DNA from: Chiloscyllium plagiosum | Taxonomy: Eukaryota | Length of the DNA stretch: 44,639 nt | Assembly: GCF_004010195.1 (NCBI RefSeq) | Contig: NC_057718.1 | Coordinates: 79,950,944 to 79,995,582, forward strand | Direction of reading: 5' to 3' | Shown here: in pieces, positions 35,671 to 44,639 of the stretch | Layout of the letters: every line of letters starts with the position of its first letter | Numbering within the stretch: position 1 is the stretch's first letter | Notes under the pieces: generated by a model | Seen by the model: the letters and a program-made list of their open reading frames with translations, nothing else | The model's database searches: none | Told to the model about the DNA's origin: nothing | Made by a program: the position numbers and the translations under genes

Positions 35671-37204
35671 AAAGAAACTCCATAGTTTAGCAGTGGGAAC
35701 ACAAATGGAGACCATCCTATTGCTAATTTACTGTGCCTTGCACTTGCGGTACACCTAAAAAAAAATTGCACATCAATTTCTTTCCTATGGCTTCTATTTA
35801 GAAGAATTTTCATTTCACTTTGGGTCAGCTTGAAATAAAAAGAATCTATCGCTGAGAATATGTTTTTATGTCATATTCTCACCTACGCAAGAGGACAATG
35901 ATTATACGACGATTGTTTCAGATTTATTGAGCAGTACTTAGTAATTTGATAACTAGGAGGTTCTATGCTCAGTTAACCTTTATATATGATTGTTCTACTA
36001 ATTAATTTACAGACAAGATATCTATCAATGTTGTCATAACTGTACAAATCAATATTTGCTCTTTAGTAAGAATAAAATACCATTTAACACTTTCTGAAAA
36101 CACCTTTGAATGTATTATCTCCAAATAGAGAACATAATCTGACATTTTGGTTAAATTGATAAGTGAATCATTGCAGGAAAAGGAAAAATGATAAGAAAAG
36201 CAGCTCAGAGAAATCTAATGTAATCAGAGTAGAATTTAGTATAGTCGTCTTTTGATACATCTCAAAAACATAACTCTTTGTTTTTCAATTACTTGAATGA
36301 TTACTCATATATTGGTATAATATATAACATTTAATCTTTGTTCAATGTCTGTATGAAATATCTTCATAAATATTATATGGACAGTATATGATCAAAAGCA
36401 GCACCTGACAAGAAATCTATCTTCTGCTCCATGTTAAGAATAATAATGCAATACAATTGAGATGTAATCTGAAGTAACTGAGTCTTTCTTTGAAAGAAAT
36501 TACATTTGGTGAAATTCCTGCAAGGAAATTAAAGCTGAAAAAAAAGACTTGTTTCTTCCTGCATTTTATCACCTGAAGTCTAGCCACAAAATGGATGGTT
36601 TATTGTTGGAAAATGAAGGGAAATGAGATAAGAAGGCCTTGAACTGAATCCCAGCTCTTGCTAGTAATCTAGTTTTGATCATTTCAACTCCCATCCCTAC
36701 ACCCTTTATTTTGCTACTAATGTTGACTACCAAATTTAAATAATTGCTGTAAGATGCTTTGAGAAAGCCTGAAGTCATGAAAGGGTCTGTATAAATAAGT
36801 CCTTTCCTTTAACAGTGTCAGCATTTCCCTCTCCTGAAGGTGCTTTCTTTCATAAAGCCACACTTTAACCAAAGTTATTGTTGCTTTCTTTCTTTGTTAA
36901 GATTTCTTTCTTTCTTTCTTAAGATTTTTATTACGTTTTTGCAGATCAAAGATCTGATTTTCTTGGAGGAGGTGGTATGGTCAAGTCAGCAAACTTGTCA
37001 GACAAGCAGATTTGACTTCTTTAAAAAGACTCTGCTAGGCTTCATGTATGGGTGGTGGGCTGAAGACAAGTCCACTGCCACTGAACACAGGACCAAGGCT
37101 CAATGGTCAGGTCAACAAGCAGAATTCCCACCTCCATTTATTAGGATATAAGCCAATTTTATTGATGAATGTCAGGCCCTCAAACTCTCTCTCAACTCTA
37201 ACAA

Positions 37205-37328
37205 TGAGTGTTGATTCGGGCAAGGGTGTTGATGTGGTGCACATGGATTTCCAAAAGGTGGTTGCTACAGTGCCACACAACAGACTTCTGAAGAAAGTAA
37301 TTGGTCATGGAATAAAAGGGACAATAGC
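37205..37328 (+). mobile_element. Short CR1 RT fragment abutting the LTR
   Basis: VDSGKGVDVVHMDFQK...VPHNRLLKKVIGHGIKG in ORF 37048-37368. Confidence 0.8.
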
Positions 37329-38583
37329 TGTAGTGATCATAAAGAGGTCAGCCAGCTTGACATCATAGAATATGAGTTCCTAGGGCTGTTAATCTAGTCC
37401 AGTCTGAGAGTCTGGCTGACAGATAAAAAGAGGAATGTCAGAGATTCTGGCACTTTGAGAGCTGACTCTGAAGAGGCAGTACTCAAGTCAAAGACCATTC
37501 ATGTATAAATAAAGGGTGATTTGGTGACAGGATATCAAACTCTGTGGAGCTATTTCAGTGGCAATGAGAGAGAAGCACATTCCTAAAGAAATTCACTCTC
37601 AATAGTTGTCTTTGAGTTGGGCTGAGCATTTCTAACATTATGCCTTTGTTTGGGAACTGTTACACCCTGCCGTCAAGGACTGGACCCAGTATATAAAGAG
37701 AATGCATTATCTTTTCTGGGCAAACAACATTATGGCAGACAAAAAGTAACAGCTTGTTGACAGCTTGTTGAGCCACAGCTTTTTATGTTGTTAGGAGCCA
37801 AATGTTCTGCAAAGCACCAGATATTGCAATCTTTCAAAAATTTACAGACATAGTTAAAGAATATTACAAACCCAATCACATTACCAACGAAAACATCATG
37901 AAGCTAGTGGACCTGTCCCTCACCACCCACTTCACCTTCAACAACATAATCTACAAACAAACCAATGGCACACCCATGGGATCTCCACTATCAGGATTCA
38001 CAGCAGAAGCAGTAATGCAAAGACGAGAACAAACAGCCCAACCATCAAACCAAAAATCTGGGTCCACTACGTAGATGATACCTTTGTCATCACAAAACGA
38101 AACAAGATAGAAGAGACATTTGACATCATCAACAAAACTCTCACATGCATAAAGTTCACCAAGGAGGAAGAAACGGAAAACTAACTCGCATTCCTGGATG
38201 TCACAGTCGAAAGAACGGACAAAGGAGAACTACAAACCTGCATATACAGAAAACTGACAAACACTGACCAAATACTTAACTACTCCAGCAACCATCCCAA
38301 CACACACAAACGAAGCTGTGTCAGAACATTTTTCCAACGAGCCACCTCACACTGCAGCACAGACGAACTTCGGAAAACAGAGGCAAACCACCTATACAAC
38401 GTATTCAAGAAGAACAGATACTCAAAATACAGTCTGCAGATTCCTCAAGAACAAACCACGACAAGCAGACCAAACACAGCCAGAAACCCTAACCACTTTA
38501 CCATACATCAAAGAAGTTACAGAAATGACAGCCAGACTACTAAGACCCCTCGGAATCCTAGTAGCACACAAACCCACCAACAC

Positions 38584-38625
38584 NNNNNNNNNNNNNNNNN
38601 NNNNNNNNNNNNNNNNNNNNNNNNN
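38584..38625. other. Assembly gap (42 N)
   Basis: Run of N inside the PLE. Confidence 1.
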
Positions 38626-39024
38626 CCAACGTCATCTACAAAATTCCATGCAAGGACTGCCACAAACACTACGTAGGACAAACAGGAAGAAAGTTACCCA
38701 CCAGGCTACACAAACACCAGCTAGCCACCAAAAGACATGACCCTCTCTCCCTCGTAGCCCTACACACGGAGGGAAAAAAACACCATTTCAACTGGGACAA
38801 CACATCTATCCTGGAACAGGCTAAGCAAAGACATGCCAGAGAATTCCTAGAGGCCTGGCACTCCAACCACAATGCCATAAACAAATACATAGATCGAGAT
38901 ACCATCTATCAACCCCTCAGAAAACAAACAGGAAATGACATCACCACAAACCCCAGGAACCCCATCCAGGACAAACATATAAATAGAAAGCAGGAGACAA
39001 CAGCTTCGTTTCATTTGGAGGTCA

Positions 39025-39064
39025 CCACTGATGATGTTACCTAGCCAGGTAATGAAATGTCTGG
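39025..39064 (+). ncRNA. Minimal hammerhead motif in the PLE 3' terminal region
   Basis: CCA-CTGATGA-T-GTTACCT-AGCC-AGGTAAT-GAAA-TGTC-TGG; stems I and II pair, with two probable CpG decays. Confidence 0.7.
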
Positions 39065-39452
39065 ATATCAAACCTACAGCTTAGCGAGCAAACCTACACC
39101 CTAAACGTCAACCTGAGCTACAAACCTTCACAAACCTTGCATTACAAACCCAATCCTCTTCTAATTCTGAGATGTTGTTGTTTTTACTCAGCGATTTGAG
39201 AATCAAGGGAATCCAAGGTTAAGATGATTGGCAGAAGCATAAGACTTTGCTTTAACCCTTGATGAGCTGCTTAGAGACTGTTTGACATGACAGATTAATG
39301 ATGTATGCAAAAACACCTATGAGCTGAAGCTCAGTTGGACTTCAAACAGGTGCTACAACTGGCTTTATAACTGCAAAATATGGTAAGTGGAACATATGAG
39401 GTTGCAGGGTATTCTGATGGAAGTGAACACTCTTGCCAATCTGACTGAGCTT

Positions 39453-42400
39453 ACAGTCATAGAGTCATAGAGACTAACAGCGGAAACAGACCCTTCGGTC
39501 CAACTCGTCCATGCCAACCAGCTAACCCAACCTAAACAAGTCCCATTTGCCAGCACTTGGCCCATATCCCTTTAAACCCTTCCTATTCAAATACCTATCC
39601 AGATGCCTTTTAATTATTGCAATTGTACCAGCCTCCACCACTTCCTCTGGCTGCACATTCCATACACGCACCAGCCTCTGCATGAAAAAGTTGTCCCTTC
39701 CGTCCTTTTTTATATCTTTTCCCTCTCACCCTAAACCTATCCCCTCTAGTTCTGGATTCCCCCAACCCAGGGAAAAGACTTTGTCTATTTATCCTGTCCA
39801 TGCCCCTCATGATTTTATAAACCTCTATGAGATCACCCCTTAGCCTTTGACACTCCAGGGAAAACAGCCCCAGCCTATTCAGATCACCTTATAGCTCAAA
39901 TCCTCCAACCCTGGCAACATCTTTGTAAATCTTTTCTGAACCCTTTCAAGTTTCACAACATCCTTCTGATAGGAAGGAGACCAGAATTGAACGCAATATG
40001 CCAAAAATGGGCAAACCCATATACTGCTGCAACATGCCGTCAAATCCTATACTCTATGCTCTGACCAATTACCAAACACCTTCTTCACTATCCTATCTAC
40101 CTGAGATTCTACTTTCAAGGAGCTATGAACCTGCACTCCAAGGTCACTTTGTTCAGTAACACTCTCCAGGACCTTACCATTAAGTGTATAAGTCCTGCTA
40201 GGATTTGCTTTCCCAAAATACAGCACCTCACATTTATCTAAATTAAGCTCCATCTGCCACTCCTCAGCCCATTGGCCCATCTGATCAAGATCCCATTGCA
40301 ATCTGAGATAATTTTCTTCGCTGACCACTACACTTCCAATTTTAGTGTCATCTGCAAGCTTACTAACTAAACTTCCTATGTTCATATGCAAATTATTTAT
40401 GTAAATGATGAAAAGTAGTGTACCCAGCACCGATCCTTGTGGCACTCCACTGGTCACAGGCCTCCAATCTGAAAAATAACTCTCCACCACCACCACCCTG
40501 TCTTCTACCTTTGGGCCTGTCCTGTATGCAAATGGCTAGTTCTCCCTGTATTCCATGAGACCTAACCTTGCTCACCAGTCTCCCCTGGGGAACCTTGTTG
40601 AATGCTTTACTGAAGTCCATATACAGCACGTCCGCCATTCTGCCCTCATCAATCCTCTTTGATACTTCTGCAAAAAACTCAATCAAGTTTGTGAGACATG
40701 ATTCCCCACTTCGTATCTCCCCCATCTCCTGCGGCTCCACACAAAGGCTGCCTTGCTGATCTTTGAGGGGCCATATTCACTCCCTAGTTACCCTAGTTAC
40801 CCTTTTGTCCTTAATCTATTTGTAAAAACCCTTTGGATTCTCTTTAACCCGATTTGCTAAAACTATCACATGTATCACATGTGCCCTCCTGAATTCCCTC
40901 TCAAGAATACTCCTACTGCCTTTATACTCTCTGAATGATTCTTTGATCTTTCTGGTCTATACCTTACATATTCTTCCTTCTTTTTCTTAACCAAACCCTC
41001 AATTTCTCCAGTTATCCAGCATTCCCTACACCTACCTGTCTTTCCTTTCACCCTAATAGGAATACACTGTCTCTGGAGTCTTGTTATCTCATGTCTGAAG
41101 GTTTCCCATTTTCCAGCCATCCCTTGACCTGCGAATGTTGGCCCTGAATCAGATTTTAAAGTTCTTGCCTAATACTGTCAAAATTAGCCTTCCTCCAATA
41201 TAGAACTTTAACTGTTAGACCCAGTCTACTCTTTTCCATCAATACTTTAAAAATAATAGAATTATGGTTGCTGGCCCCAAGTGCTCCCCCACTGACACCT
41301 CAGTCACCTTCCCTGCCTTATTTCCCAAGAGTAGTTCAAGTTTTGCCCATCTCTCGTAGGTACAACCACATACTGAATCAGGAAATTTTCTTGTACATTT
41401 TGAACAAATTCCTCTCCATCTAAACACTTAACGCTATGACAGTCCCAGTCTATGTTTGGAAAGTTAAAATCCCCTACCATAACCACCCTCTTATTCTTAC
41501 AGATAACTGAAATTTCCTTACAAATTTGCTTCTCAATTTCCCTCTGACTATTAGGGGCTCTATAATACAATCCCAATAAGCTGACCATTCTTTTCTTATT
41601 TCTCAGTTCAACCCAAATAACTTCCCTGGATGTATTTCCAGAATATCTTCCCTCAGTACAGGTGTAATGCTATCCCTTATCAAAAATGTCATGCTCCTTC
41701 CTCTTTTTCCTCCCTTTCTATCTTTCCTGTAGCATTTGTAACTTAGAACAGGAAGCTGCCAGTTCTGCCCATCCCTGAGCCATGTTTCTGTAATTGCTAT
41801 GATATCCCAGTCCCATGTTCCTAACCATGCCCTGAGTTCACCTACCTCCCCTGTTAGGCGACTTGCATTGAAATAAATGCAGTTATCGGTCCTACCTTAT
41901 TCTCTGCTTCGTTCCTGACTGCCCTGACTGTTTGACTCACTTGTTTTCTCAACTATACCAGTCTCAGATTGATCTCGTTCCCCAGTATCTCCTTGGGTCC
42001 CAATCTCCTCCTTACTCGTTTAAATCCTCCTGAGCAGTTCTAGCAAATCTCCCTGTCAGTATATTAGTCCCCTTCCAATTCAGGTGCAATCGTCCTTCTT
42101 GTAGAGGTCACTTGTACCCCAGAAGAGATTCCAGTGATCCAAAAATGTGAATCCTTCTCCCATAAACCAGCTACTCAGCCATGCATTCATCTGCTCTATC
42201 CTTATATTCCTACCCTCACTAGCTCGTAGCACCGGGAGTAACCCTGATATTACTACCCTCGAGGACATCCTTTTTAAATTCCTGCCTAACTCTCTATATT
42301 CTCCCTTCAGAATCTCATCCTTTTCCCTTCCTGTCGTTGGTACCAATGTGTACAATGACCTCCTGCTGGTCCCTCTCCCCTTTGAGAACATTCTACACTC

Positions 42401-43515
42401 TCTCTGAGACATCCTTCATCCTGGCGTCAGGGAGGCAACACGTTATTCTGATTTATCGCTGCTAGCTGCAGACATGTCTGTCTATACCTCTGACAAGAGA
42501 GTCCCCCAACCCAATCAATTGCTTGGAACCCGACGTATCCTTCATTATATTAGAGTCTGTCTTGATACCAGAACTGCTACATTCCCCTGAAAGTTCACCA
42601 TCCCCTATATTCTCTAAAACAGGATACTTGTTTGAATTGGAAATAGCCATAGAAGACTCCTGTACTACCTGTCTACCTCTCCTACCTTTCTTAAAGTTAA
42701 CCCATCTACCTGATTGTATCTAGGCTTTTCTCCCTTCTTATAACTGCCATCCATCACACCCCCAGCTCTTGTAAATTCCTCATTGCCTCTAACTGTTGCT
42801 CTAACCGATCCATTCGATCTGACGGGATTCGCAACCAACAACATTTATTGCAGATATAATCCTCAGTAACTCATAAACTCTCTTGAAACTCCCACATCCA
42901 TCAAGAAGAGCATATCACTCTACTGGATTGCTCTTCCAATCTACAGACCCAGAAAATAACACTGTCTTATTGCTCTACAAAACATTGCTCCAGGCTAACT
43001 TAATACTTATGGCTTATATTTTTAAAATTTAATCAACAGACAGATCCCAATGAAAACATATCATCATGAAAGAACCCACTCTACTCACTGTTGTGGATTT
43101 ACAGCAAGGCTATATTTAAAACTATTCATTTATCCGTTTCTGTGCTGTGACCTCTCCCAAACAGGTTCCTCCAAGATTAGTTGTGAATTTTACCATAAAT
43201 TTTTCCTAGACACACTCCAATGTCCAGCAATACATGAATTCAAACAACAAAGGCAGTAACTGCGCAGATTCACAGTCATTTAGCAGTGTAGGTTTCTTTC
43301 TCTCTCTCCCTTACAGACCATGTTTCGCTGCCTTTGTCTGTCTTTCTCCCTTTGAAAAGTGCCGTTGTTTTGACTTCTTTTCACCCAAGTTCCAAACAAA
43401 TGCAACAGCATATAAAACAGCAATTGTTGCTCCTGGAATTCGAGGAACACCTAAAATACCTCAAAAAAGGAGCAGCTGTTACAGCTACAAATTTTTCCTG
43501 TCCCCCATCTTGGAT
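39453..43515 (-). mobile_element. Near full-length decayed CR1 LINE (5' UTR, ORF1, ORF2, 3' tail) with an internal ORF2 deletion
   Basis: ORF1 zinc-finger-like MWEF..YICNKC (~42840-42900) and SGNH esterase (GDSLVRG, VVISGLLPV, WN.FWG). APE motif VVMVGDFNFPNIDW; RT SCLTNLIEFF, GVPQGSVLG, ADDTK; tail ctctatgactctatga. Confidence 0.95.
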
Positions 43516-43646
43516 TTGAGTACAGGCAATTGCGTAGCCTCATTCAGGACATACGCTGAATCTAGAATGGCCCATGGCAAAACCTCAGAACAAAACCAAT
43601 CCTTGGCCAAATGGTTACAAATTTCTTCAGGATCTTGACAGGCAAG

Positions 43647-44222
43647 TCATAAGACATAGGAACTGAAATTAGGCCATTCAGCCCATCGAGTTTGCTCATG
43701 GCTGATAGGTTTCTCAACTCCATTCTCCCGCTTTCTCTCCTTAACCTTTGATCCCCTCGATACTCAAGAACCTATCTATCTCAGTCTTAAATATACTCAA
43801 TGACCTGGTCTCCACAGGTTTCTGGGGCAATGTATTCCATGGATTCACCACTATTTGGCTTAAGACGTTTCTCCTTATGTCCGTTGTAAACGGTCTTCCC
43901 TTTCCTCTCAGGCTGTCCCCTTGGGTCTTCGTCTCTCTTACCAATGGAAATATCTTCCCAACTTCTAGTCTGTCCAGGATATTCAGTATTTTCTATGTTT
44001 AAATTAGATGCCCTCTCATCCTTCTAAACTCCAACAACTCTGCACAGAGTCCTCAAAATTCTTCATTTGTTAAGCTTTGAACAGGATATACTGGCCCTGT
44101 GAACATGCTCCAGGGCCAGTATATCCTTCCTGAGATATGGGGCCCAAGACTGCACACAATACTCCAAATGTGGTCTGACTAGAGCCTTATAGAACCTCAG
44201 AAATACATCCCTGCTTTTATAT
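43647..44222 (-). mobile_element. CR1 LINE 3' fragment
   Basis: ORF 43741-43944 VVNPWNTLPQKPVE..SLSIFKTEIDRFL; tail cctatgtcttatga. Confidence 0.9.
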
Positions 44223-44639
44223 TCATAGAACGTAGAACATAGAAAAATACAGCGCAGTACAGGCCCTTTGGCCCTCGATGTTGCGCTGATCCAAGCCCAC
44301 CTAACCTACACTAGCCCACTATCCTCCATATGCCTATCCAATGCACGTTTAAATGCCCATAAAGAGGGAGAGTCCACCACTGCTACTGGCAGGGCATTCC
44401 ATGAACTCACGACTCGCTGAGTAAAGAATCTACCCCTAACATCTGTCCTATACCTACCACCCCTTAACTTAAAGCTATGCCCCCTTGTAATAGCTGACTC
44501 CATACGTGGAAAAAGATTCTCACTGTCAACCCTATCTAAACCCCTAATCATCTTGTACACCTCTATCAAGTCACCCCTAAACCTTCTTTACACCATTGAA
44601 AACAACCCCAAGTGCCTCAGCCCTTCCTCATACGATCTT
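44223..44639 (-). mobile_element. Younger CR1 LINE 3' end; runs off window end
   Basis: ORF 44306-44569 IEVYKMIRGLDRVD..FFTQRVVSSWNALP; (TTCTATG)n-like tail. Confidence 0.92.

Larger units (their letters stand above)
37878..39140 (+). mobile_element. 5'-truncated Penelope-like element (RT plus GIY-YIG endonuclease) with 15-bp TSD
   Basis: GTPMGSPLS; YVDD at 38068-38079; NVIYKIPCKDCHKHYVGQTGR from 38628. TSD attacaaacccaatc at 37863-37877 and 39141-39155. Confidence 0.93.
37329..39452 (+). mobile_element. Gypsy-type LTR retrotransposon 5' part: LTR, PBS and decayed gag, split by a PLE
   Basis: LTR TG..CA at 37329-37557 with AATAAA at 37508; PBS-like TGGCAATGAG at 37559-37568. gag from ATG 37640 (DWTQYI.RM, F..FTDIVKEYYKP), resuming after 39155 (LDELLRD, AEAQLDFKQVLQLAL). 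Confidence 0.8.

Noticed and set aside
36945..37015. Plus-strand exon-like segment after a long pyrimidine tract (QRSDFLGGGGMVKSANLSDKQI*)
   Set aside because: The tract is largely a (ctttt/tttc) microsatellite, and no consistent plus-strand exon chain was found.
43234..43638. 134-aa ORF
   Set aside because: Antisense read of the CR1 5' UTR crossing the element boundary.
1..44639. Prokaryotic operon, defence system or CRISPR array
   Set aside because: No long intact ORFs, no gene-dense layout and no regularly spaced repeat-spacer array; the content is vertebrate retroelements.

Overview
Eukaryotic, repeat-dominated genomic DNA. It is most likely an elasmobranch (shark), inferred from HE1/V-SINE-like and Deu-domain-like SINEs plus the CR1 families; no prokaryotic genes, rRNA or CRISPR were seen. 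Roughly half or more of the window is decayed mobile DNA: many CR1-clade LINE pieces (one near full length at 39453-43515), an RTE LINE, a Rex1/Babar end, PIF/Harbinger remnants, tRNA-headed SINEs, a Gypsy-type LTR element and a 277-bp solo LTR. The most distinctive signal is a set of Penelope-like element (PLE) insertions, most reduced to short terminal or fold-back pieces. Seven have 9-15 bp target-site duplications, and many carry minimal hammerhead-ribozyme cores (CUGAnGA-stem II-GAAA-nnUH) of four sequence types. Other observations: a near-perfect 152-bp inverted duplication, a locally templated inverted insertion, a four-level nested element stack, and phase-compatible minus-strand exon candidates (25624-25676, 19777-19947, 14250-14316, possibly 10609-10672 and 29703-29802) encoding a peptide I cannot assign to a family. 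Family names are from recognition of motifs, not database searches. Boundaries of decayed repeats are approximate unless TSDs are given.
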